In this document: one piece after another, positions 9,506 through 18,708 of the stretch
Position numbering within the stretch: the first letter of the stretch is position 1
How the letters are laid out: every line of letters begins with the position of its first letter
Source of the DNA: a virus
IMG/VR virus record: IMGVR_UViG_3300035698_011044
Span: 1 to 64,000 of that record
DNA: 64,000 bases
Direction: 5' to 3' (one strand)
The notes under the pieces: generated by a model
What the model was told of the DNA's origin: nothing
The model's input: the letters and a program-made list of their open reading frames with translations, nothing else
Database searches by the model: none
Program-made: the position numbers and the translations under genes

Positions 9506-11053
9506 CTACAGTCCTTTTAATGCTGGGTTAAGGTCTTCTGGGTCAATATTGTGGTGCTTTGCTGTCTTCACCAGAAGGTCTCTGTCATGGTCAGTCCATT
9601 CGCTGGAGTGCTTTCTCATGACTTTATAAAAATCTTCAGCGGGGATTGCGCCGGCATCAAACTCGCCCTCGCCCTCGCCAACTCTAGTTTCGTTTGCATA
9701 CTTCTTGCGATTTTCAACTGCCTTGGCTTTCTTGCCGTACTTTTCGACCTGTTCCTCGAACCTTGCATCTTCATTAAGAGCCTTGTTTCCCTTAGACGCA
9801 ATTGCAAGTGCTTCGTCCCAACCCATCTCAGACACAATGTTACCAGAAGGGTCAGTTTTTTTATATGTTTGCTTAACCCTACGAATATCGTAGATCTTGT
9901 TAAGGACATCCATATCAACTGGTGGCTTGATATTATATCTTTCAGCAGCAGTGCGCAACTCTTCTCCCGCAGGAGCGTCAACATTAACCATGTCCTGCAT
10001 GGCCTTGTGTACTTGCGCCTTGAATGTATGGCCATCTGCCTCATAAATTCCACCATCAACTCCAATTAAATCGCCAAGATTTTTTGCGTACTCAATGAAA
10101 TCTGTCTCGATCTCGCGAACCGGTCTGCCTTCTCCAAGCACTTTTGCATGAGAGCTACGAAAGTTTTCGATCTCATCATAAGCTTCATCGATCTGTCGCA
10201 CTCTAAGAGCAACAGCGTTATCATTCTGCTGAGTCTTCTGACTCTGTTCCTGAGTCTCTTTGACACTACTAAGCTCAGTTTTAAATTCGTCACGAACAGA
10301 CTGCAATCCCTGGTTATACTTAACAGAATCGTTATGACGAAGCGCATTGAAGCGCTCGTCTTTTGACTTGTTGTAGGTTTCCATCGACTGCTGATACTCA
10401 GTAATCTTATCCTCGTCAAACTGATCGTCTCCTGCAGGAAATGCTGGAATCGGCAAAACCTCCGGAACCTCAACATCCTTGCTCTCTGGATTTTCAGCTT
10501 TTGCTGGAGGATTAGCCTTAAGCTTTTCCTGTTCGTCTTTATATCTCTGAAGCTGCTCTTTGAGAGAAATGTTCTCTGCATTCCTTTGATTAAGCTGTGC
10601 CTCGAGTTTTGGAAGCTTCTTTGTTTTATAAAAATCGATAGTGCTGTCTTTTTCAATACCACCCTTATGAAGCTCCAATACAGCTTCTTCTGGGCTACGG
10701 TTTTTGGCGTAACTTCCAAGCCACGAAGGTTTGATCTTAACGCTGATTTCTTCTTCATCTTGAATATCATCAATATCGCCTGTGTCTTTGTCTACATTGC
10801 CTTCAGCAAGAAGCTCGTCATTGTCTTCCCCTGGCAGCACCTCGTCCTCATCAGATTTTCCTATCAGCCCATCAGGCGACAGTAGTCCCTTTGCTTCAAG
10901 TTCCTCAATATCCTTTAGTGCCTGTTCCCGCAATATAGGATCATTATCCATTGCTTCTTTTAACTCTTCAAAGCTACTATAGCTCTTCGTCTCTTTTTCT
11001 TCTGCACCCTCTACTAAGGTTTGGTCGTCAACTGCGACTCCATCATTTTTCAT
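9506..11053 (-). CDS. Scaffolding protein
   Basis: 515 aa, very acidic N-terminus, coiled coil, between portal and capsid. Confidence 0.65.
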   Translation of the reverse strand: MKNDGVAVDDQTLVEGAEEKETKSYSSFEELKEAMDNDPILREQALKDIEELEAKGLLSPDGLIGKSDEDEVLPGEDNDELLAEGNVDKDTGDIDDIQDEEEISVKIKPSWLGSYAKNRSPEEAVLELHKGGIEKDSTIDFYKTKKLPKLEAQLNQRNAENISLKEQLQRYKDEQEKLKANPPAKAENPESKDVEVPEVLPIPAFPAGDDQFDEDKITEYQQSMETYNKSKDERFNALRHNDSVKYNQGLQSVRDEFKTELSSVKETQEQSQKTQQNDNAVALRVRQIDEAYDEIENFRSSHAKVLGEGRPVREIETDFIEYAKNLGDLIGVDGGIYEADGHTFKAQVHKAMQDMVNVDAPAGEELRTAAERYNIKPPVDMDVLNKIYDIRRVKQTYKKTDPSGNIVSEMGWDEALAIASKGNKALNEDARFEEQVEKYGKKAKAVENRKKYANETRVGEGEGEFDAGAIPAEDFYKVMRKHSSEWTDHDRDLLVKTAKHHNIDPEDLNPALKGL

Positions 11054-11065
11054 AGGATAACTCCT

Positions 11066-13222
11066 CTATTCAGCAGGTTCTTGTGGAACCGCATCGGTTT
11101 GAAAACCGCTTTCGAGAACTTGTGGTTCTGCGGGAGCGGGTGATTGGTCATTGGCCAGGTCTGGAGCCGGAGCGGTTTCCATAGGAGGAACTTCTGCACC
11201 ACCATCTACAGGTGGGAGAGTAGCTTCTGGAGACACGTCACCTTCTGCTGCCTGTTTTTCCATTTCATCAAGTTGTTTGAGCTGCTTCTCTAGTTTCTTT
11301 TTCTCAATCTCTAATTGCAGGTCTTGAATCTCCATACCCTTAACAAGAATACCAAGCTCCTTGTTTCCCACTTCGGTAAGAGTTTCGATAACCTCTTCAC
11401 CTAACGAGTCCATTCTCTTCATTGCTTCCATAGAGAGAACCTGGATTGATGCTTGTTTTTCAGGTGGAATTTTGCCAATAAATCTACCAATAGCATCCAG
11501 TTCTTCTAGCTTCTGCATCGGAGACTGCTGCTTTTCGGAGATGATAATTTTGTGTCGAATGTTTTTGAGCTGAGAAGCGTCATTCTTAATAGCCTTGCGA
11601 CCATCAGGAAGATCTACAACCTCGTTTAGTGTTATTGAGTCCGAGCCTTCGCAACACGAGAATTTCCGAGGGAGTCCCTCATTAGAATACGTCTCGGAAG
11701 CCTGTAAAAAGTAGGCTTCATAAACTTCATTCCAAAAGATCCGAAGCCCGTAGTGAATAGTATAGAGTTGCTGATCAGACTGTATTTTAAGCAACTCGAA
11801 AAGTTTCCCAGACTCCTGAGCCCCGCCCTGCATGCCACGCTGTGCTGGAGTAACCTTTGAGATATGGGGAAGAACTGTGTTGATTATGTGATCAAGATGA
11901 GAGTAAACCTCGTTCGGGAAAGCAGAGTTCCGTGTAGGCCGTGCTGGCTCACGTCCATCATCCGCTATTAACCCTGGTCTTACCTCGAAATTTGCTGTAG
12001 GATCGTTTCTGTTCTTTATGTAATTTTTATACTCATTGTCATCAACAAAACCACTTCTATCTACAAACTGAGATCCACCACCACCCTCGGTCTGGATCTT
12101 ATAAGTGAGTAGACTCTCATGATAATTTATGTTTGTCTGAACATCCTTAATAGAGTCAACAATAGAGTGAGACTCTCCATTTGCTCTGGATGCAGACCAG
12201 AAGAAGAATGGAGTCCTACCGATTTGAATCTCGGTCTTCCCGTCTTCCATGATATCTGATTTTGTAAGTGTAGGAACAATTGCCTTGACTTTGCAAACCT
12301 TATTTGTCCGGTCCTCCTCGAAAACGTAGTCTGGTCTCCATGTTGGGTGAAACTCATTCAACCATTGAGGCTTATCGGTATTCTCGAGATTACGAGGTAT
12401 CTCAACCTTACCATTCTCCGTAAGAGCAATTTCAACTTTAGTAATCTCTTCGGTAACAGTATACTCTTCAATGACTCTATGTAGGGATCCCCACATGCCA
12501 TCATCGTATTCCTGGTAGAATGGAGTAACACCATTATATACACCATACTCATCCGGATCAGACTTGCGCATATTCATTGCAGCTTTGATCTCGTATGACT
12601 TTTCTGGATAAATTTCAAGCAGATCTTCTGGTGTGTGCCATGATTCGTGCCAGCACTTCTTGCAAGTTTTGGATCCCCAGTCTTTCCAGTATGGAGAAGC
12701 AAGAGTAGATCCTGGTAAACAGTATTTAAAACCAATATTGCCAAGGTCATCATATTCATTGGAGACAACCATTTTAATAACTGACTCATGTATTAATCCA
12801 CCAGTAACAAGCTGAAGGTAAACGCTGCTCCAATCCATCAGCTCCTTATCGGAGTACATAGCTTTCTTGATTGCCCTAGTTAAGCTAGTCATTTCATCAT
12901 TAACTGGGAAAAATTCTGGATCAAAAGGAACCTGCATGATTCCACCGGCAATTGTATCTACCGCTGGCTTAATAAAATTATAGGTGAGCATCTGACGGTT
13001 TTGACTGGTCATGTACTCTACAGCTTTTGCCGGCCATTGACCCAAGCCAAGATCAGCATCATGCGCCCAGTACATTCGCCAGTTTTCAACCTCGCGACTC
13101 ATTTTTCGCACATAGTAATCCCGAGCATTGCGATATCCCTGAAGAACATTCACTAATCCGTCATGGTATTTTTCGTCCTTTTGGAGAGGACTATCTTTTG
13201 TGTTTTTGCCTATCGTAATCAT
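11066..13222 (-). CDS. Portal protein (P22-like)
   Basis: 718 aa; GQW...RQMLTYNFIKPAVDTIAG and SIVDSIKDVQTNIN motifs, C-terminal coiled coil and acidic tail. Confidence 0.85.
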   Translation of the reverse strand: MITIGKNTKDSPLQKDEKYHDGLVNVLQGYRNARDYYVRKMSREVENWRMYWAHDADLGLGQWPAKAVEYMTSQNRQMLTYNFIKPAVDTIAGGIMQVPFDPEFFPVNDEMTSLTRAIKKAMYSDKELMDWSSVYLQLVTGGLIHESVIKMVVSNEYDDLGNIGFKYCLPGSTLASPYWKDWGSKTCKKCWHESWHTPEDLLEIYPEKSYEIKAAMNMRKSDPDEYGVYNGVTPFYQEYDDGMWGSLHRVIEEYTVTEEITKVEIALTENGKVEIPRNLENTDKPQWLNEFHPTWRPDYVFEEDRTNKVCKVKAIVPTLTKSDIMEDGKTEIQIGRTPFFFWSASRANGESHSIVDSIKDVQTNINYHESLLTYKIQTEGGGGSQFVDRSGFVDDNEYKNYIKNRNDPTANFEVRPGLIADDGREPARPTRNSAFPNEVYSHLDHIINTVLPHISKVTPAQRGMQGGAQESGKLFELLKIQSDQQLYTIHYGLRIFWNEVYEAYFLQASETYSNEGLPRKFSCCEGSDSITLNEVVDLPDGRKAIKNDASQLKNIRHKIIISEKQQSPMQKLEELDAIGRFIGKIPPEKQASIQVLSMEAMKRMDSLGEEVIETLTEVGNKELGILVKGMEIQDLQLEIEKKKLEKQLKQLDEMEKQAAEGDVSPEATLPPVDGGAEVPPMETAPAPDLANDQSPAPAEPQVLESGFQTDAVPQEPAE

Positions 13223-13470
13223 TTGACCACCATTGCAACAGTTTCAGTATAGATTGTGCGGTCTTTTGGATCACGCACTTCTCGTGTTATCAAGCCGTCA
13301 GCATCAACAGTATGCCGATACCCGACACTACACCTTTGACAGAAATGTACAGCGCTATTAGGTTTGTCTGTTTGGAACTCGCCAAGATACGCACCACACG
13401 GCTTTCGTCTACTGGCCCTTTTAGTGGAATCGCATTTTACTTGCTGGAATGTGCCTTTAGATGTGTCCAT
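13219..13470 (-). CDS. Zinc-ribbon protein (Mu Com-like regulator candidate)
   Basis: VKC...PCGAYLGE...HFCQRC pattern; first gene behind the head-operon promoter. Confidence 0.55.
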   Translation of the reverse strand: MDTSKGTFQQVKCDSTKRASRRKPCGAYLGEFQTDKPNSAVHFCQRCSVGYRHTVDADGLITREVRDPKDRTIYTETVAMVVK

Positions 13471-13583
13471 AAATTAAGCCCTACCCCTCGTTAGAAGAGC
13501 AGAGCTCGTAGGTACACGGAAATGTTTAAAGATAAAACTCATTTGGAGCGCCCCAAAGTCGTTCTTCCCTGCACCTATTAACT

Positions 13584-13612
13584 ATTATACTTTAAGGTTT
13601 AGGGAAAAGCAA
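13584..13612 (-). promoter_or_regulatory. Sigma70-type promoter for the head/tail operon
   Basis: TTGCTT-17 bp-TATAAT on the minus strand. Confidence 0.65.
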
Positions 13613-13632
13613 TCTTTTTCAAAAACATCGTG

Positions 13633-15990
13633 CTACATAATGCTGTCACTGATGTTTTTGAAGACACGACCAATCTCTTTTGAATCTTTGATTGCAGCAT
13701 CACTCAGATTTTTGAAATCCACATCGAGTTTTAGGTCTGCCCAGAACAAGCTATTTTCAGCATTTAAGCGAACAGGATGCTTTGAAGCTTTCCGATATAC
13801 CCCCAAATGAATACCATGCTCTGCAATCATATTCGGTTTGCCGTCAACTACCTTTATGCCGGAATTTCTAACTATTCTCAGAAGCATCTCCTCATCGTAA
13901 CCCTTCTTGACTTTCTCGATTTTCTCCAATTTATCGAGTTCGTTTTCTCTTGCATCCCTGGTACGGTCCCACCAGTCACGACTAATGAAGTGAACCCCGA
14001 GCATCCTATTATCGACAGCATGATTGTCGTAGCACTCAAGCCCATACACACTCATAGAGGCGACATGCTGCTCGATAAGAGAGGGTTCCTCTTTCCTGAT
14101 AAGGATATCGATATCGGTGAGTAATACGTGGTCGTACTTTTTGAGACGCTCTTCTACTTCTGGAGACACGAATCGGAGGGCTGCAGCTTTATTTCCATCA
14201 GACTCGCTGAGTTCGATGCATACAACGGCGTCTCCAGGGTAAGCTTTTTCGGCGCAATACTTAAACATGTCGGCATAGGCAACCATCTTCTTATTATAGA
14301 CAACAGCGATGGCGCACGCACAGCGTGTTCCGTTTCCAGTGGAATCCATTGGGATGCCACCTTCGACTGGACTTATTTCTTCAGTTTTAACATTTAAAGC
14401 AGGTTTATTGCAAGATTCTTCCACAAAAGACTCTTTAGGTTTCTCTTTTTCAACATTAAGAGGAGCTTTGGCAGGAGACAGACTTGCCATCATTAAGCGA
14501 TACTTAGCCATTTTGCTTGGCACTCCCCAGTCCGGATGACCCTTTCCGAATCCTGCAGGAAGTTCAAATTCAGCATAAGGACGATTGTCGGTTTTGGTTA
14601 CAGCCACACTCTTTGGGGCAACTAGGTTCTGACGGATAGGTTGAATTGTACCAGCATTAATGCCATCGCCAGGCTTCACCATGAATCCATGCTTTTTCCG
14701 AAGGTTCCACTTTGCTCTCTTGCTTGGGACATTCCAGTCAGGATGACCCTCTCCGAAATCTGCAGGAAGACCATCGTCAAACTGCTCAACAATATCTGAT
14801 AGGTTTTCGTACACATAGACTCTGCGATCAGACATGCTGTCCTCGCGATTAGTATCCTTGTCTATAAAGCTAGTTGCGCCGGCAAGAAGAAGATCGTCGA
14901 TGAGAGGTTGGGGTCCGGTTCCGTTTGTCACAATCTTGATCGGCATATTTGGACGCGCTTTCCTTAAATGCGCAACGAGCTCTACGATACCCGGGTAAAG
15001 AGTAGGCTCTCCTCCAGTAATACGAATAGAGTCACAGCCTCCGAAGAGTGCCAGATTCGCAGTGCTCTTTGCCATGGCAAGAGGAATGAGATGCGGCAAA
15101 GAAGTATCGTCAATAGTTTTGCAGCCTTCACACCGACGATTACATGCTCTTCCAATAAATACTTCTGAAATTTTTCCCTCTTCCATACCGCTAAACTCCT
15201 TGTAATGGTTAATGTTGTTTATGATTACTTCTGGTAATTGCGAGCTATCTATCTGGACAATAGACTTCCAGGAACTCTCTGCCCCCACTGTTGGATGAAA
15301 ATCCTGAGCGTTCGGCAACTTGTCCCACTTATCTTTAATCCAGAGGTCCATATCGACGCACTCTGCCCCGTCCCCGATATGAGAGGTAATCATCTTGCCT
15401 TTAATCTCTTCCAGGCTCTCTCGCACTGCTGTGAAGTGGTGGAACTTGACGTCAAGCTCTGCTATGCTGGGAATAGCCGACCCACGGATCCCTGCAAAGT
15501 CTTTGATATCTGCCTTAACGAATACGACTGGCCTGCAGCGCTCTTCCGGATAAACTCTGTAGAAGATCGACTTAACATAAGTATGCATCCCACAGCGAAA
15601 CGCATCATTGTGACCATCATTTAGCATCACGGACTGAATTGCCTGGCGAAGCTGATCTACATCCCAGACCTCATCTGTGTCGATGAGCATAATGTAATCA
15701 CAGGGACGATGGTCTGAAAAATTAGCGAGTCTTATACGAGAGAATCCCGCCTCATAATGACTTGCTTGGTCTGCGTAAGAACCTCTAGCAAACCGAATTT
15801 TTTCATCAAGATCATATCTTCTTCCCCAATCCAACTGTCGTTGATAGCAAGTATTTTCGACAGGATTTCCGCTCCAGTCCACATTGGAATGTATAAACAA
15901 AATATTATCCACGAAGGGATAGATCGATTCGAGACTCGCCTCTAGGAACTCATGAGCCCTGGTTGTTTTATAGAGTGCTGTTATTTTCAT
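13633..15990 (-). CDS. Multidomain protein: GT-A glycosyltransferase + partial radical SAM + repeats + second GT-like domain
   Basis: IMLIDTDEVW (DxD); CNRRCEGC (CX3CX2C), ITGGEPTL and IVTNG; two LPxxFGxGHPDWxVPSK repeats; LLTDIDIL. Confidence 0.75.
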   Translation of the reverse strand: MKITALYKTTRAHEFLEASLESIYPFVDNILFIHSNVDWSGNPVENTCYQRQLDWGRRYDLDEKIRFARGSYADQASHYEAGFSRIRLANFSDHRPCDYIMLIDTDEVWDVDQLRQAIQSVMLNDGHNDAFRCGMHTYVKSIFYRVYPEERCRPVVFVKADIKDFAGIRGSAIPSIAELDVKFHHFTAVRESLEEIKGKMITSHIGDGAECVDMDLWIKDKWDKLPNAQDFHPTVGAESSWKSIVQIDSSQLPEVIINNINHYKEFSGMEEGKISEVFIGRACNRRCEGCKTIDDTSLPHLIPLAMAKSTANLALFGGCDSIRITGGEPTLYPGIVELVAHLRKARPNMPIKIVTNGTGPQPLIDDLLLAGATSFIDKDTNREDSMSDRRVYVYENLSDIVEQFDDGLPADFGEGHPDWNVPSKRAKWNLRKKHGFMVKPGDGINAGTIQPIRQNLVAPKSVAVTKTDNRPYAEFELPAGFGKGHPDWGVPSKMAKYRLMMASLSPAKAPLNVEKEKPKESFVEESCNKPALNVKTEEISPVEGGIPMDSTGNGTRCACAIAVVYNKKMVAYADMFKYCAEKAYPGDAVVCIELSESDGNKAAALRFVSPEVEERLKKYDHVLLTDIDILIRKEEPSLIEQHVASMSVYGLECYDNHAVDNRMLGVHFISRDWWDRTRDARENELDKLEKIEKVKKGYDEEMLLRIVRNSGIKVVDGKPNMIAEHGIHLGVYRKASKHPVRLNAENSLFWADLKLDVDFKNLSDAAIKDSKEIGRVFKNISDSIM

Positions 15991-16247
15991 AAATCATCTT
16001 TCGAAGAGTCGCCATACAAAACAACTGCCCCCTTAAACTTCTCGTGACAATCTTCACCGTGATCAAGACCGCCATCATCATTTAATATGTGGTAGACCTG
16101 CACAACAACGTGCTGAACATCCAAAATTACGCATCCATCAGATTCTAACGGATGCTTGAATGTGTCCTTGTTAATCATAACCGATTTGTGCGAATACCCA
16201 CTATTCATCAAATTCCCAAGTTTTTTGTATAATGTTCTTAACTGCAT
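15987..16247 (-). CDS. Hypothetical protein
   Basis: 86 aa, GAGG RBS, ATGA overlap. Confidence 0.6.
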   Translation of the reverse strand: MQLRTLYKKLGNLMNSGYSHKSVMINKDTFKHPLESDGCVILDVQHVVVQVYHILNDDGGLDHGEDCHEKFKGAVVLYGDSSKDDL

Positions 16248-16249
16248 AA

Positions 16250-16450
16250 CTATTCCTCACTTTCGATTTCATTTGTTCTCACCTTCATATATGGACAGTC
16301 TGGATGGATGGTACGCGTATCGCACTCTTTGTCAACATTAACATATCTGTTACTGTCTATTTCTGAGCATATTACCCCTACGTGTTCATCGTACTCAGAC
16401 GCTGGACAGTCATCACAGCTAGTTACTGTGCGCTTATATTCAAAACTCAT
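16250..16450 (-). CDS. Small Cys-rich protein
   Basis: MSFEYK...SCDDCP...VIC...IHPDCP; ATGA-coupled start. Confidence 0.55.
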   Translation of the reverse strand: MSFEYKRTVTSCDDCPASEYDEHVGVICSEIDSNRYVNVDKECDTRTIHPDCPYMKVRTNEIESEE

Positions 16451-16713
16451 TGCCCCTCGCAATCCATTGTCACTCTCAGATGAGCGCACTCTCTTCCATG
16501 AATGTTTGCAACAATCTCATCCTGACAGAGATTCCCTTGATTGTTTTCGCAAGCAATCTGAAAACACTTAAGCTCCGACAATCTTCCGTCAGCCTTAGCT
16601 TCTGCCCACGCTGCTCCAGCACGAAACGCATCTGCACGCTGGTTTGCTTCTTTATATCTAGCCCAACTCATTCCGTCTTCATATCCTACAACTGCCTCGT
16701 CGATACTTTGCAT
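16447..16713 (-). CDS. Small Cys-rich hypothetical protein
   Basis: GAGGAATAGT-ATG start; C-terminal Cys cluster. Confidence 0.55.
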   Translation of the reverse strand: MQSIDEAVVGYEDGMSWARYKEANQRADAFRAGAAWAEAKADGRLSELKCFQIACENNQGNLCQDEIVANIHGRECAHLRVTMDCEGQ

Positions 16714-16721
16714 ACTATTCC

Positions 16722-17441
16722 TCACTTCTCAAGTTGATATTTACCTGGAAAGGAAAACGCTGAGAATTTATCATTCCCAACAAGCTCCCATTTATACCCA
16801 TGACTCTGATACCGTTCTACATCTGCATCGAGCTGGTGTTTAATACTCTTCAGGTTCCCGCCTGACTTCCCCTGGTAGTGGATAATGGGAGAGCTGGTCA
16901 GGATTGCTGTACATAAGTCTCGCATATAAACTTGCTGGAAGATCCAGTCGTCTCCGCAAAACCATTCAATATCTTCAGGTATAGAAACGTAGAGGTTCTT
17001 CCTGACAGTGAAATCCCAGCCCTGCTTAATCCCTGTTTGGCACACATAGCTCAATCCTGTCTTCTTAGAATACTTCTCCAGGTTGGTAGTATGGACAACA
17101 GCTCCAACAGTTTCCTCTTTCTCAAAAACCTTGAGAGTGTCAGAGATGAAGTTGCTGGTGATCTCAATATCGTTATTCAGGAAGCATAGCAGCTCATCAC
17201 CAGTCTCTTTAGCGAACCAGTTCCATAGATGATTGAGAGGAGTGTTCCCCGTTCCGAGCACAATCTTAAAGCCAAACATCTTGCGGATCTCTTCGTAGTA
17301 CGCTTCAGTCCCAGGCTCAGTGGATCCGTTATCGTAAATGGTCAGCTTGAACGGAGCGTCCTGGTAGAGAAGATCGCTTACAAGTTGCTTCGTGTAAGCA
17401 AGATTGTTTATGTTTACTATTAAGCAGTGGACGTTATTCAT
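16722..17441 (-). CDS. Glycosyltransferase family 2
   Basis: IYDNGSTEPGT, LCFLNNDI, WFCGDDW motifs. Confidence 0.85.
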   Translation of the reverse strand: MNNVHCLIVNINNLAYTKQLVSDLLYQDAPFKLTIYDNGSTEPGTEAYYEEIRKMFGFKIVLGTGNTPLNHLWNWFAKETGDELLCFLNNDIEITSNFISDTLKVFEKEETVGAVVHTTNLEKYSKKTGLSYVCQTGIKQGWDFTVRKNLYVSIPEDIEWFCGDDWIFQQVYMRDLCTAILTSSPIIHYQGKSGGNLKSIKHQLDADVERYQSHGYKWELVGNDKFSAFSFPGKYQLEK

Positions 17442-17793
17442 TGAGAGCTTCTCGAATCACACTTGCGAGGTTATGCAATTTCAATTCCCATACACGAGAA
17501 AAATTGGCCGGAGCGCGAAAAGAGTATTCCTCCATAAGATCTGCGGATTTTCCCAACAACGCTAGACCTCCATTGGGTGCTTCAGGGGAGGCTAGATCCT
17601 GCAGATTGGTGTCACGCAAGAGTAGTCCATGACCTGCTAACTCTTTACGCAGACCAGCAAAGGTTATTCTAGCATTTAAGCATGCTTTACCGTAATCAAA
17701 CTTAACATGATCACCGCAATCACGAATATTCTCTATACGATCGAGATTTATAAACTGCTGTACTCCCGCCGCATCAACAACTTCAATAAACAT
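17434..17793 (-). CDS. Hypothetical protein
   Basis: 119 aa with AAGGAG RBS. Confidence 0.6.
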   Translation of the reverse strand: MFIEVVDAAGVQQFINLDRIENIRDCGDHVKFDYGKACLNARITFAGLRKELAGHGLLLRDTNLQDLASPEAPNGGLALLGKSADLMEEYSFRAPANFSRVWELKLHNLASVIREALNE

Positions 17794-17804
17794 ACTATTT
17801 CTCC

Positions 17805-18407
17805 TTATCTCGGTTGATTCCTGCTTCCTGCAGGGTGAAGAGTGTAGAGATATTTCACACTGTCAGGAACTGTACACATACAGAGCCCCTGCCTAACTAT
17901 CTCATCGACGATTGCTTTGTTGTAATCATAATCCTCAAACTCAGTGTCAGGCCACTTGATATGAAAGAGAGCCTTCCCGATCAAATAACTTCCCACCGTG
18001 TACATATTAGAGCCTTTGTCGAGAGCCGCTTTAAGCTGAAGAGCAGTATCCCATCGCTTACATGGCCAGCCTGGACAACCCGTTGGAGCTGTCTTGAACT
18101 GAGAATAATCTTCTGCTGCAATATGCTCTGCGTCATACATGATGAAATCAGCCTTATGCTTTATGCAATCCAGAAGATCCTCGCACACAAAATCTTCCGT
18201 AATGCAATCGTCATCATCCAAGAAGAGAATGTAATCTCCCTTTGCGTGCTGGACACCGTTATTGCGGTGCTCATAGGGAAGCTTCTCCCCGATCATAGCA
18301 ACTATCTCGTAATCAACCTTGCCCTTAAATGCGTTGTGGACTGAATTGAATGCTCGCTCCAGATAGAATGGCCTGAGTCCGAGGGATGGTATAACTACTG
18401 ATATCAT
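17805..18407 (-). CDS. Glycosyltransferase family 2
   Basis: ISVVIPS, RNNGVQHAKGDYILFLDDDD, FEDY motifs. Confidence 0.85.
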   Translation of the reverse strand: MISVVIPSLGLRPFYLERAFNSVHNAFKGKVDYEIVAMIGEKLPYEHRNNGVQHAKGDYILFLDDDDCITEDFVCEDLLDCIKHKADFIMYDAEHIAAEDYSQFKTAPTGCPGWPCKRWDTALQLKAALDKGSNMYTVGSYLIGKALFHIKWPDTEFEDYDYNKAIVDEIVRQGLCMCTVPDSVKYLYTLHPAGSRNQPR

Positions 18408-18538
18408 TCGGCTTCCTCTTCCTTCTTGAGACACTTGTCACACTTGTATTCAACCTTACCCTCGCCCGCAAATACAACAACCTTGCGCCATTTGTTGCAT
18501 GTCTCACACCGGCCCTTTTTCCACCCAATAGCTTCCAT
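18404..18538 (-). CDS. Small zinc-finger protein
   Basis: MEAIGWKKGRCETC...KCDKC; ATGA overlap with the GT2 gene. Confidence 0.5.
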   Translation of the reverse strand: MEAIGWKKGRCETCNKWRKVVVFAGEGKVEYKCDKCLKKEEEAE

Positions 18539-18676
18539 TGCTGTCTTTCTTCTGAAAATAATGAGTGTCAGGCGGGTGCGGGAACGTGGACGCGAGACCG
18601 TACCCAGCAAGGATGCTTGAACCTGACACTCAAACTTTACTTCAATTTATATCTGGAGGTGTCCACGCTCTTTCTT

Positions 18677-18705
18677 AATATAGCATCATCACATCTGGAG
18701 TGCAA
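18677..18705 (-). promoter_or_regulatory. Internal sigma70-type promoter (extended -10)
   Basis: TTGCAC-17 bp-TATATT with TG one base upstream of the -10. Confidence 0.55.
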
Positions 18706-18708
18706 CTA

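Noticed and set aside
18561-18668. HDV-like ribozyme
   Set aside because: Crossing helices are present, but the short P3/L3, the P1.1 GG and the J4/2 catalytic C arrangement could not be fitted on either strand
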